From Parasitella parasitica NRRL 2501 (lineage: Eukaryota > Fungi > Mucoromycota), in the NCBI GenBank assembly GCA_025201805.1, contig MU619313.1, positions 34,848 through 98,847 of the forward strand: a DNA stretch of 64,000 nt. Direction: 5' to 3'. The notes under the pieces were generated by a model. It saw only the letters and a program-made list of their open reading frames with translations. It was not told the origin of the DNA and did not search any database. Within the stretch, counting starts at the first letter, position 1. Every line of letters starts with the position of its first letter. A program made the translations under genes and the position numbers. Below are positions 42,393 to 57,900 of the stretch, in pieces.

Positions 42393-42913
42393 TCGCATGT
42401 TGCACAAACAGATCTTTTGTGCATAAATACATATGAACCCCTTCAGCTACCAACTTGAACTAAACTACAAATTATAAAGAAAAAATTATAGTGTGTTTTA
42501 TTAACCTCCTTTGTAACAAATGCCTCCCAGTTTTTTATATATAGACAAGGCTATAATCCCCTTCCTCTCCTCACTCATATTTCTGCTCTAATTAGCGCAG
42601 TACTTTTCTTGATCTGTATGATATTGTATTCTTTACCCCTTGTATCAATTCAAAATTACGCATATCCCTTTTTTTTATATACGCTTCGCTTGTAATTGTT
42701 GTTTGGGAGGCGGCTACTCGTCGTTGTTATTTATGTTGTTGTTAGTGAGACATATGCTCATGTCTCTCTTGCTTTCTCCTTTTTATACATTCAGATATAT
42801 CGTAAACAAAGACTTTTATTTTTTTCTTTCACTTTCTCTCTCTCTCTCTTCCTCCCTCCCTCCCTCTCTCTCTTCTTCCCTCTTCTTTCTTTCCTTTTTG
42901 ATAGACAAATAAA

Positions 42914-45900
42914 ATGGAAGATGAACCCACTTCACTGCAGCTGAGCCAATTCCAATATCATAAAAATACATCCGACTTAATAGATGATGGCGCCATGCAG
43001 GACTTCAAATCGTTTCATTGCCACGACAGCTTTAATAATTACACATTTCTAGTTTCCCGAAAACGAGGATCGACATTTATATATCCGTCAGAACGAGATG
43101 AATCTCTCGTTGAGCTAAAGATTGGAGCTTTGCTGCCATTTCACCAAAACAACGATCCCTGGACAAGGACCATGACGATGAGGTATAGTGATGCANNNNN
43201 NNNNNNNNNNNNNNNNNNNNNNNNNNNNNNAAAAAAAAAAAAAAAAAAAAAACAGGGCACATTAAAATTCATTTTCATTATAGTGGTATTTCTGCTATTC
43301 GATTGGCTGTAGCAGAGATAAATGCACAACGTCTTATCCCAGGCGCATACGTTACGCTGATAGAGAAGGATTCATATCCAAAAAATGTAAGAGGACAAGC
43401 TGCCATTACAGAGGCAGTGTATTCTGCTATCTCATTAATACAGGAAGGCGTGGTCGGAGTCATTGGCGATATTTCTTCTTCATGGACCTCGCTATCAGCA
43501 TTAATGACAAGCACATTACAGATACCACAGTGCTCATTTTCAGCCATAGCTAGTAAGACGATTTATGTGATGGCTTACCAACACACAGCATTAACATGAA
43601 AAACGACTGTAGCTTCCTTGTCGGATAAATCTCAATTTCGCTACTTTTTCAGAACAGCACCTACTAATTTGCTGTACTCGGATGCCGCCATTGCATTTAT
43701 TGTAAGCCAAGGATGGCCTCAGCTCGGTATAATCTATTCAAATGATGATTTTGGGCAGCAATGTAAGCCAAACACATGGCATAATGGCATACTCTATTCT
43801 TATTTCTGTTCAATACTAGTGTCCGAAAATGTTGTCATGAAAGCTCGAATGCACGATATTCACGTAAAAACTTATTTATCTTTCTACGATGATGGCCCCA
43901 AGAGCGACATCAAGAAATCGCTTGATATGCTAGTAGCAACTGGCGTTCGAGTGATATTTGTTGCTGCTGAAAACGCTGCCCAAATGGCGGTACTGACTAT
44001 TGCAGCACACAGTGGCTACATCAACGACAAAACAGTGTGGATTACAATCAACGCTGACACCAACACACTCTTTGCAGCAGTGAAAGACTATAATGCTATT
44101 TTAGGCAGACGAGCAAACAACACAGACGTCGTGCCAGCCATCTATAAAACAGCCTTCGCTGACGATGCGTCGTCCAACACAACAAAATCAGACCGAGCAT
44201 CAAGGAAGCAATCTCTGATTGACTTGATCGACCCAGTTGAATACGGTGCTCGTACAACTAACAATTTCACACAGATTGATTTCAACTCTACGTTTTCTGG
44301 CGGTGTCTTTACTTTTGATGTCTTGAAGGAATTGCCGGGATATCCTCCTTTTGACACTTTTTTGAATAAATGGTCTCATTTAGACCCTGCCATGTAATAC
44401 CTATATATATATATATATATATACATACAAAAAAAACACACATTTCGATAGCTAACCCATATGTACAATAATAGATATCCGTACGGAGGACAAAACAACA
44501 TTAGCAGCAATGAAGGTATGGCTTACTCCTGCATGATGGTCATGGCTAGCGGCTTCAATCAAACCATCAACAATTCTTCATTGCCATCTTCCCGCAAATC
44601 TGATGTGCTGAGAAAACTGGCTTCGGGCCAGCTTGGCGAATCCCTGAATCTATCGGCTTTCAACACATCCTTTGTTGGGCCAGAAGGACCTGTTGTATTT
44701 GACCAAAATGGAGACTTGACATCCGGGTAACGTTCGCTTTTGTTCAATAATAGTTTTACAATCAACTGAAAAAAAAAGTTGCTATAGAAACTTCAAGCTG
44801 TACAATCTCCAAAACGGTTCTCAAATCGAAATTGGCAACATTATCGCCGGTAATATGAATCTGACATCTCTGCCCATCTACCATGATGGCACCACAAAGG
44901 TACATGTATTTATTCGGCGCTGAAAACGGCGCATTTCTTGCTTACAATGCGTCTTATTAGTATAGATACCCACAGGTGTTCCTGATCGATTGTATCTAAA
45001 TCCAGGTTACAGCTCTCCTGTGACAATTGCTTTGCTTGTTATATCGTCAATAGGAGCCTTCATTGCGTTATTTAGCATGGTCATTGTGCTCCGGTACAGA
45101 AAGCAAGAAATTTTCAAAGCATCTAGGTATGCTATTTAGGCACACAGTGTACAGTTGACCTGTTTTAACAATATAACCGATAGCCCTTTGTTTTGCGTCC
45201 TTGAATTGATCGGATTCCTGCTTTCGTACGTCTCGCTGTTCTTTTTTGTGGGATATAGAACAAAACTAAATTGCACGCTGATCCCAATCACTTTTCATTT
45301 GGGATATTCGCTTATATTGGGGTAAGACACACGCAAATGGCTTACGGGGAATTCAAAAAAAAAGTCTCATGTCTCGTCATTTGTATAGAAACTTGATTGC
45401 CAAAAACTACCGTATATATCGTATCTTCAACAACATTTTCATCACGCGCACCGTCGTGACAGATGTCCAGCTGTTGAGAGTGTCAGGATCAATATTCGCC
45501 ACCACTTCTGTAAGGTTATACAGACATGTTGATAAAGCATCGACTGACTTGCTTTTCCCAATTTTTAGGTTATTCTGATTGCTTGGTTTGTATCTGTTAC
45601 CGTGTCAACAGTCAATGTACCGGTCTCCAGGACTGCATACTATACAGATTGCTCATATGAAGGAGGCGTAGGGCACACTGTATTTATCACGCTATTGACA
45701 TTATTCGGCTCATTCCAGCTCATGTTTGCTACCTATTTAGCGTTCAAGACGAGATCTGTGGGTCGAAACTACTCCAAGTATAGTGAATACAAGCAGATTG
45801 GACTCTCCGTGTACAACATCTTTTTTTCCGTGCTGATCGGATTCATCATCTTTTTTGTGCCGACTACAGACTACTACACTCGTCATTATCTGACAGCCAC

Positions 45901-47189
45901 TATGATTGTTTGGGCTACAACTTTTTCCCTGTTGACCCTCTTTTTGCCCAAATTGCATTCCTTCTTCTTGCCAGAAAAAGACGACGCCGCAGCCCAGTTT
46001 GGAAAGGCTTCCGATCTGAGTGGAAGGCAACGGCATAGAAACAATGCTGTCGGCAGCCCCAAATCCACCACCAACAATGACTCGTATCATGACCAGTTTG
46101 TGTCCTCAAGGCTCGACGATGATAGCATTAGCACCTACTTGATGAATTTGAATCGCATGGTCGACAATCCGCTGGAGCCTGCAGATGACTCCAAGGTGAA
46201 AATGAACAATATATCCCCCAAAGGACGAATGAATGGTATCGTGATGGAGGTACACGAGGTACGTATATATTTGTATATATACATATATATATATATACAT
46301 ATATCGCTCCTTTCGGGACACTCCTAATTGACAAATATATTAGACCGAAGTGCCCATCCAGCAGGTATTCAAGTATTTCCCGTTTTTGGCTGCATGGGAC
46401 ATGATGTCAGTTGTCTTGATGCCGAGTATATCTTATTTTAGTTTTTTTTCTGTATGTATTCCGCGAGCATAGGCCAGACAATACATGTATTCTAACCCTT
46501 CGATACAGGAAAAAACATGCAAAGGAAAGGTGTTTGCGTACTCTGGCTCCACCATAGAAACATCAAGATCAAACGAATACATTTTGAAGATCCATGGCCT
46601 TGGCATGTTCAACGTGCTAATGCAAGTAGAGTCAGAAAAGGAATTGATTAAATGGAACGACTGGTTCAACACTCGCGTAAAGTCCTCTCCTACAGCATAT
46701 TCATCTACAACATCAACTCCAACCAAAGAAGAGGGACATGCCCTTTTAAGCTCATCGCTCCTCCCTAAAATGGATCAGTCGAATGATGACAATGACAAGC
46801 TAAAAAAGTCAATAAGAAGATTGACAAGGCAATCACGACAAGACTCTGGACTCACCACACACCATTTGTTAGCTGATGACGATGGAGACTATGGCGATGA
46901 CGATGACGATGACGACGACGATGATGGCGATGAACAGATCCACGAGCAAGATGGTATGAGAGAAAGTGAACGAGCAAATCAAACAGCACTTGATGGCCAG
47001 TATCTCCACTCTATATCGTTAGATTCAGTCTCTCGAAGGTCTGATGAGGAAGAACAGAGCCCTAACGAAAGATCTTCGTTCTATGCTTCCTTTGCACAGT
47101 ATCTGAATAGCCCACATACAACAACCAATTTAGGGTCGGCAACCACAGTCGTTGTGCCTGAAAATGAAAATGATGATAGCCGCGTGTAA
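42914..47189 (+). CDS. Class C GPCR-like receptor (Venus-flytrap/ANF-receptor domain plus 7tm_3; multi-exon)
   Basis: LKIGALLPF, SAIRLAVAEIN, GVVGVIGDISS, LSDKSQFRYFFRT, GPVVFDQNGD, KASSPLF, LIAKNYRIYRIF, LAFKTR and YSEYKQIGLSVYN...LFLPK. Confidence 0.9.
43196..43230. other. Assembly gap (35 N) next to a poly(A) run in the first intron of the GPCR gene
   Basis: Run of N characters in the sequence. Confidence 0.99.
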
Positions 47190-47363
47190 CTTAATTTCTT
47201 TATGTTGCTGGTCCATCATTAAAAGACTAATTGCATGTATTGTTAATAAAATATGTATAAAAATATTGCAAAGAGAATATATTATTGTACATGTCTGGTT
47301 TATATACGTATATCATTGAATATATATGACTAGTCTAGAAATATGGAGAAGGAGCATCAGTAT

Positions 47364-49133
<1,770 letters not shown>

Positions 49134-50385
49134 GATTGAAGTTGAATTTACAGGGCAAAAAGAGAGAAAGAAAGAAAGTAAAAGAAACTGGGTAAAAGGG
49201 ACGAAACTGGGAGCTTTTATATTGTGCCATGTTGGTTTTTTGGCCTCAACTCCGTTGTATTTGCAGTTTATAATCCATCTCCACTATTGTGTCTCGCTAT
49301 AAAAGGGTAACATTTAAGGATTTTGTTTGAATTGTTCAGTCTTGCTGGTTCCTTTTTTATAGATGGAACACTGAGATATTAAGCTGCTACTGGACATGAA
49401 AATCAAAGTTTTGCTCTTTTTTTTTTAAAGGAAAAGAGATGAATTACATACAACCACCTACTTCCACTCTTAAATGTATTTAAATCAGATAAATGCGTAT
49501 GGTAGTTGATCACAAAAAAGTGGCTCTACATATTGACTGGATCGTAAGCCCCTCAGCTTTTTTCCCACATATTTTAATAATCCAGCTACTGCATCAAGCT
49601 TGGTGCACGTCAAAATAAACAAGAAGCCCTTTATGCGCGGAAGAAAACAATTGTATTGACCGTTGTTATAGTAACCACCCCCTCGTCTCCTTTCCAAATC
49701 ATCTTGTTACTTCTTTCAGTGTGTAGACGTTATCCAAAATAACTCGAAATACCTTATCTTTTTCTTTATAAAGAACACGCTAATTCAAGTAGCACATATA
49801 ATTTTATAGCACAACAGGGGGGGGGGCCCAAATGTCACACGAATAGACCACCTGTCAAAAATTTAAGAGATTTCTATATGTATTAGCTCTTATAATCTCA
49901 CCTGGTATTTTGAGATTATGTGTTGAGCATATATTTTTAAAATGATCTACTTGATTTATATCGCAGATATTTTGTTCAATTTACCCCACATTGACACTTT
50001 TTGTTGCACAAACATTGCTGTCGCTGTTTGGTGTCTACAAGAAATTATGCGGAGATCTTTAAATTTCGACACATGTAGCCCGAGACATTAACTTTTTAGT
50101 AGAGCTATATACCATACAAATACAGCGTTCCTCTTCTTGCTTATAGAGCTTTAATAACTTTTTTTTTTCTTGTCGAAAACTGATCGTGTTGTCTACAATG
50201 GATGTTATTCAGTGCTCATATATGTGATGGCTATTTGTCACAATGTAGTTGAATGCACGCTTTGGACAAAATGCAAGTTGTATGATGATATTGATGCAGT
50301 ATCGTAAGTTGCTTTTTTGACCATAATCATTACTCAGAAAGGTATATTTATTATTCTTTAAAATGCAAACAGTTGATCATTACTA

Positions 50386-53300
50386 CTAGTGTTTCTTATT
50401 TGGAGATTCTAGGCCGGAGAGATCTTCTTCCTCGTCATCTCTTTCTCTCTTTGTACCGATTACAACAACGGGTTCATTACTGATTTTGTTTGACTTGTTC
50501 TCATCCTCTGTGGCTGTAGCATTAGCCTCAGCCGTGTTGCCTTCGGAAAGATCATCCTGAGCAGCATCTGCTTCAGCGGTATTGTCTTCGGTGGCATCGG
50601 CTTCAACGGCATCAGCTTCTACAATGTCGGCTTCCACAATGTCAGCTTCAACAGGATCAGCAGGGTTAGGCTCAGAAGTAGTAGTTTCAACAGCAATAGT
50701 TTCTACAGAAGTGCTGTTGTTGGTTGCATCAGGTGCCACAACCTCTTCTTCAACATCCGAGAAATGGTCAAGAGACTCGGCATTTTTCTCTTCGTCATCT
50801 CTAGCCATTTCCTCAATTGCATCAGCTTCATTGTCAGCGGGTGGTGAGAGTATCTCTGGGTTTTCATTTTGGATATGGATCTCCACTTCAACGGGGACTT
50901 CATCCTTGTTCGATTGTTTATCCAATTCGCTTTCTTCTTCAACGAGTTCGGCATCAACTTGCATCGACGCAGCCGCTTCATCAGCGGTTTCAGCAGTACT
51001 TGTGACATCGGAAGTGGGAGGTATAGCCTCGTCATTAGATGGCTCTTCTGTTATAACTGGTTCCTCATCTTCTTGAGGGACAGGTGTGACAACAGGGGTA
51101 GTTATTGGTGTCAAAATTGGTGTATCTACTGAAGGTGGAACAGGCGTTGAAGACAGTTCTGCGGTATTGACGCTGGATGCAATAGCCTTTTTTAACAGAT
51201 TATTCTTTGAGGTTAAAATAGGGGATTTGGTTTGCACAGGAGAAACAGGACTAATGGAGACAGCAGGGCTACTGGGGGCAGAGCCAGTTGCAGCTGGAAT
51301 CCTGGGAGACGAGATGGGCGAACCGCCAACGTGGAACGGAGGAGCAGCAGGAGACAATGTCGTTGCTGGTTTTTGAGCCTTCAAGGTATCAATTTCTTTC
51401 TGAAGACGGACAGATTTGTTCTGTGCCATAGAAAGTTGAGCCTTGTAGCGATTTGCCTCAACAGATTGCTCGCTCAACTGTTTGCGAAGAGTGGTTAATT
51501 CCTCCTCCAATGCTGTGATTTTGGTAGTGGTTTCAGCTGTGTTTGCTCCACTAGCTTGAGTATTTTTCAACGCTTTTAGTTCTGCAATACATTGAGTATT
51601 CTTTTGTTGAATTCCACGAGCCTTTTTCAGGACATTGCTGTATTTTTGCTGTTCAAATCCGCATGTTAATGCCACAAAACATTTGTTTAATATGTGCTAT
51701 TAAAAATACCTCCAATGCGTCATATTCCTTTATCTTTTTCTCAAGTTCCTCTTGTCTCTGACCTAAAGATATCTCAGCAGTGGTTTTAGCCGAGTCTACT
51801 TTTTTGTTGACTTCATCCAGTTTAGCCTTGTCATCCTCTAGTTTTCTCACTTGGGCCTCAAGGGCTTCCTTTTCTTGGTTAAGTTTTTGGATGTCGGCCT
51901 TCTAGATAAAGTGTTAATTGGTAATTTGCCATCGATAAAAGCGGAGACGATGACTTACTGAGGTATTTGTGGAATTTGCAGACTCTGATTTCTTGGTCAA
52001 TTCCTCCAATTTAGAATTAGCAGCGCTGAATTTCTTCTTGAACTCCATGGCTAATCGACCTCTCTCGTAGTGTTTTTGAGTAAGTGACGCTATTTCTGTC
52101 TTATTGGTTTCAATCTGCTCTTGAAGCTCTTTGACAGTAGAATCAACAGCTGTTTTTTCCGCCGAGAGAGTTACCAGCTGTGCTCTAGCGGTCTCCAATT
52201 CAGCTTTCAAGCTCTCAATTTCAGCAGGATCGATTCTCTATGGACAAACATCAGACATCAAATAAGCAAAAGAAATAATTAAAAGGCATCTTACATTGTA
52301 TTTGGAAAGCAATTTAGCAGAGCGAGCAGTCCATTCTTTCTGGCTCTTTTGGAGGACGATAATTTCTGAATTGGCCTGGGCCAGTTCAGCTTCCAATGTA
52401 CAAACTTTAACTAAAAACGAGCAAGAAAGAAAAGAGTCAGTAGCTATGATGACAATGCACATCCAGACCACAAACCTTGAAGAGGAGAGATTTCAGCCTC
52501 CATCTTGGCTTGCTCATTGAGAGCCTTTTGCTTGGCTTCACGCAATTCTGTATTTTCCATAATCAAGGATTGGTTTTGAATCTTGAAGGCCTCGTATTGC
52601 ATCTTGTCACTAATGGCATTATCACTGGATTGCTGAGAAAGAGCTTTATTATCTTCACGAAGTCTTGATATATCAGCACGCAATGTTGCAGCTTGAGCCT
52701 GGATATTATCCAGCTCATTTTCTTTACGTCTAAGCTTGTTACGTTCATTTTGATAGTTCAACTCTGCAGCATCCTTTTCAATACGAAGGGTGGTGTTGGC
52801 TTCACGGAGCTGTTTGACAATCTCTTCAGTTGTAGCCATAAAGCCGGCGCGCTCAGGTCCGTTCTGCTTATCGTTGGCGCCAATCCATTCAGCGTGTTTA
52901 GCAATAAGATCAGCAACAGATTGAGCCAATTCTTCGTGCTGTTTGTTGAGAGTTGCCAGTCTCTGCTTCCAGCTTTCCTCAGACGTAGTTCTTTCATTAG
53001 ACTCATGCTCCAATTCGGATTTGAGAATGTCTTCTCGAGCAGAAATAGTAGCAATTGTGGCTTTATATTGCGAGATTTCAAACGTAAGATTGGACACATC
53101 GGAACGCAAAGCATTGATGGTCTGTCGCTGTTCCTCAGCGATCTTGGATTCGGCTTCAAATTTACATTCCACTTCAGCCAAAGCATTTGTCTTGGCTTCA
53201 ATAGACTGCTTCAAGCTGTCAATCTCGTCTTCTTTGGCAGTAACATCAACATCCAACATCTTCAGCTTTTCCTCCAGATTTGCTTTTTCCGCAGAGATTT

Positions 53301-56300
53301 CGGCTTGAGATGCAACAAACTTCTCCTTCAAAGCGTTGTATTCAGTAATGGAATTTTCAGCCTCTTGTTGGGCCATTTGTACAGACGCATTTCTTTCTTC
53401 AATATCCTTCAACAGCTTGTCGATAGTAGTTTGAGTATTTTTGATTAGTTGGTCGTGATCAGCATGATTGGCGGCAAGAAGCTTCTCCTTTTCAGCAATA
53501 ATTGCTTGATAGGCATTGTTGTCATCTTCTAAGGATCGAACACGATCTTCAGCTACAGCCAAGAGACGAACATGCTCCTCGCAAGTTGGAGAGGTAGTAA
53601 TATCAGCAGAGGCATTTTCAGCGCTAGACAAAGCAGATTTAAGTTGTTCTTCAGCAGTAACCAATTTTGTCTGAGCAATAATTCTTTCCTGAGTAGCATC
53701 AGAGAGTTTTTGCTCAATTTCCGCAATCTTGGACTTGAGTAAACGAACTTCAATAACAGACTCTTTGTACTTGTCCTGCATCTCGGTTTGATCAATCGAT
53801 TTGTAGTAGTCTAGTTGCTTCTCAGTAGTAACTAGCGTGTCACGAGCGTGTTGTAACTCACGGTTCAATCTTTCGATTGTTTCAAGCGATTGCTCATTGG
53901 AGTTTTTGTCGGCTGTGCTGGAGATATCCAGACGTGCCTGTAGTGCTTCTAATATCGAAACCATTTGACTCTTTTCAGACTTTTCTCTATCAATGTTTTC
54001 TTTGATGTCCTTATAAGCAACAGCAGTGGCGTCATAACGTGCCTTCAGTGTAATTTTCTCTTCAGACAGTAACTCGATTCTGCATTTTTGCTCTAATATT
54101 TCCCTACTGAGGTTTGACAATTCTTCGTCCTTTTGAGTGATGCGTTCATTTAAGAGGCTGTTGTTACGACCAAGAGATTTGCTATCTTGATCAGCGCGTT
54201 GGTATTGACTCGAAAGCTGCTCAATCTTCATCATCAAATTGCGCTTCTCTGCATTCAAATTGCTCAGGTTCTTCCTTGCTTCTCGCTCGGAATCTCGGCA
54301 AATAGACAATTCCTCTTTGAGCTTGTTCACTTCTTCTGAGGTCTCTTTACGATAAGCCTCCAAAGTGATATCCATTTCTTCATGTTGGCGTTTTTGAGCG
54401 TCTTGAATTTGGTGGAACTTTTCAGTAGCGTCCCCATCACCCAATTCACTTACGATTTTCTTGTAATTATCACATTCAGTAGTTGTGATCTGCAATTTAA
54501 ATTGTAAGTCTTTGATCTTTTCATCAAGCTCAGTGGTTGTTCGCTTAGCCTCGTCAAGAGCCGCTTTATACACATGGGTGTCACTATCTCGTGAAATCTC
54601 TGTAGAGCTAATTTTGTCTTGCGCTTCTCGAAGCTGTTGATTCAGTGTTCTAACTTCCAGAGTGAGGTCTTTGTTGATATCTTGAAGTTGTGCAACATTG
54701 TTAAACACAAGTTGATTATGAGGAATAGTGGGTTTTATCAGTGTATCACGTAACAAAGATGCAGTATCTTTGAGGCCTGCTGGAATAGGTTCGTTGCGTT
54801 TTTGAATCTCTGCCAAAAGATGCTGTAATTGATATGTGGTATCATTTAGGGTGGACGACAGATCCTCTTTCTCTTTTTGTAACGAGTTGTATCTGGTTTG
54901 CAGTTGAGTCTGGCTGTTCGAGATCTGTTTATTAACATCCTGCTGCTTCTTGAGTTCATTGGCTATGGATGAGTTCTTTTGTGCCGTTGCTTTCATCTCC
55001 TTGGACAGTCGATCAAATTTAACATTGCTTTCGTGTTGTTTGCGACTCAGCGTTTCAACAGTGCTGTTAAGATTGTTATTGCTCAGGATTGTAGCCTTGT
55101 ATTTTTCGCGAAGATCAAAGAAGTCTTGGAATATATCTTCAGGGCGTCTTTGTAGGTCTCGATACTCTTGCATCAAACGAAGCAAATTGGATGGCGGCTT
55201 TTCGCTTGTAGCCGAATCTGTAGCACCTGTCAATTGGCCAAAGTTTGCTTTACGAAGCTCTCTTTCTTGCAACAATTGTAATTCTAGCTCCTTGTTTTGC
55301 TTGATAATATCTTCCCTTTCACTGTTGATAACTTGAATCCTGGATTCGAATGTAGCAACTTTTTCATGAGTGTTAACAGTGTACTCGTTGTATATAGCTT
55401 CGAGCTCTCGGTAAGCTTTGCTGGTGCTGCCTAAACTTAATTCAAGCTGGTGAGTTTGCTGGGTGAGTTCTTCCAGCTTAAGTTCCACTTCATTCACACG
55501 GTTTCTGGCATGCTGAAGTTGAGTGCGAAGCTGGTCAGCTTGGTCAGCCAATTCATTCTTTTCAGATTGCAGATCGTTCATTTTTTCCAACAACTTTCTA
55601 CGCGAAGATTTCTAATGGCGTTATAATTCATTAGTATATTAATTAGTAGCCGAATATTAAGGTAGGTACGTACGCTGTTTTCATTGAGTTCATCATAGCT
55701 AGACTGAAGATGCTTGATTTGCGAGCTGAGCAAATTGATTCTGCTTTCTGTATTTTCAAGTTCGTTCTTCAAAGTTCGTTTGTCAGTCTTCAGCGAGTAT
55801 CAATTAGTACATGAATGTTAAATAACGCAATAACATTATGGCTTACTGTGAGCGTATTGACAAGCGAAGACATTTTCTCCATTTCGATAGACTTTTGTAT
55901 GATGGCTTGTCGTGAAGTGTTTAATTCTTGCTGTGTTTTGTTCAAAGCATCTACACATCATAACATGAGTTTCTTTTTTTTTTTCTTACGCAGGAAACAT
56001 CGAGAATTATGGCAGTTACCTCTCTGATGAGCTAATGATTCAAGATTAGAAGTCTCCCTTTCTCGCAGACGTCGTTCACTGTCGGTAAGCTCTTGTACTT
56101 TTTCGACTGCTTCCGCTTTACTTCGCTCAACTGCTGCTTTAACATCTGCTAATGTTTGCTTGTCTGATCTCTCTTTTTCCAAATCTATTACTATATAGTT
56201 GACGCTATTAATTAAAAAAAAGTTGATATGTAATCACATAATCAATTTACGTAAAGCCGCATTTCGTTTTGAAAGATTTTCCAGAGTAGTTTCTAGTTCG

Positions 56301-56451
56301 ACAATTCTCTGTTCAGTGTCATTTACACCCAAAGCTAATAGTAAAAAAAAAAAAAAAAACACAAGAGATTGGTGAGTTATTGAAGGCTGAATTGTCCATC
56401 GACATCGTTACCTCCTTTTAAGCGTTCAGAGTCTTCCTCTAAGCTAGCCAT
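50386..56451 (-). CDS. Nuclear basket coiled-coil protein TPR/Mlp1-like (multi-exon)
   Basis: More than 1700 aa of coiled coil with LVFNNVAQLQDINKDL and KEWTARSAKLLSKYN|RIDPAEIESLKAE motifs, and an acidic disordered tail ending KRERD. Confidence 0.8.
50560..50655 (-). repeat. Coding 15-bp degenerate tandem repeat (EADIV/EADAV/EADAT) in the TPR tail
   Basis: Translation PVEADIVEADIVEADAVEADATEDNTAEADAA. Confidence 0.7.
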
Positions 56452-57409
56452 GGTACACTGATTTTATTTGTATGGACAAGAAGAAGAAACAAAGAAAAAA
56501 AATCAATCAGGACGCGTGAACTCGTCCTGCTGTGCCGGATGCAGATGACATCACAAATGTGAACAAAAGAGCAACATCTAATCAATGGTAACTCAATGAA
56601 CCGCTATGCGATAAGGTTGCCATACTAAGACACGACAAAGTATGTCTTGTTGTATGAAATTTTGGAAAATCTAATGCTTCAATTCAATGTTCAAATGCAA
56701 AAAGAGACTTGACATTTAACTATCAAGACTAATCTCCAACAGCGCGCGATTCAATATAAGAAGCCAAAATCTCTTTGCATCTAAACAATTACTACTTCAA
56801 GGGGCACAAACACAATCAAAGCGTAAGCTTCAGCTCATTGCGCCAAAACAAGGATCTACTGTGAGACATCCTTTCACATTATTTTTGCTTGCCAACCATT
56901 TATAGCCGAGCGTCAACTTAGATTGATTATTCATGTCCATTTGAGACCCAACATGTAAAGAAGAAGAAATTTTAGTGACTATGGATTTACGACTAGGGAC
57001 CAATGAGACAAACCATGATCTTCAGATTCAGCGACATGGAATCGTCTATAAAAGAGAGCTTCAGCCGAGCAAACATTTGCTTTTTCCTTTAGCTTGCATT
57101 TTTCTGAAAAATAAACGTTACCAGTATAGGGCGCAGGAAAAGATTCGTTTTGTACGCTGAAAGTACTTTGTTAAGTATGAGTAACTACTGGGAGAATCTT
57201 TTCTCAATAATCTGTGCATATCCTAAGGTGACTCAAGCTTGAAAAAGTGATTGTTTGATTTTGGGCTTTGGTTTACTTGATCCTTGAGTTAATGCTTCGG
57301 CAAGCGCTCGGTGATGGTGCCTTAGCCTTCAAACTTTCTGGATGATATATTCCTACGCCTAAGGTAGATACTATGTATCCATTACCCCAGGCAAAACCAT
57401 ATCACTGCC

Positions 57410-57900
57410 ATTCTTCTTTTTTACATTATAAAGTTTAAATGAAAAAAAATTTTTTTTTTATCAAGTGTGGCTTTTTGGCTGCACATTTTGAGAGAATGAG
57501 CTACTATATTAGCGAACGATAGGTAAGACGGTGGCTCAAAAAGTTCCGTAATGGAGACGCATCTCTTGAAAATGAGGATGGAGTAATAGGACATAAAGTA
57601 ATGACTTGAAGTAATTGTTTCCCTAAAAAAAAAAAAGATTAGGATCATCTCAACTTAATGATGATAAAATGAGCGTATAATTTTACTTGTGGTGATAAAT
57701 GGTTGTTTTATATCAATAAAGCACACTCAGGAAGATGGATTGATAAAGATCTAAAGCAGTCTTTATTCACACAAAGTGCAACTTAAGATATGGTGGTATC
57801 ATGGTGGATTGATCCATTACAATCTCTTCGAAGAAAGTGAAATTATCAACGCAACTCGTTATTGCAAGAAAATGAAGTTATTCTCCTACATAAAAACGCC
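57410..57900 (+). pseudogene. Decayed Mos1-type mariner transposase fragment
   Basis: Frameshifted pieces VRRWL/KFRNGDASLENE (HTH region), TCGDKWLFYIN (cf. TGDEKW) and VQLKIWWYHGGLIHYNLFEESEIINATRYC (cf. VMLCVWW...YELL...TINA.RY). Confidence 0.75.

Noticed and set aside
50582-55336. Long plus-strand ORFs (50582-51076, 52693-53448, 54950-55336)
   Set aside because: Antisense shadows of the TPR/Mlp1 coiled-coil coding sequence.
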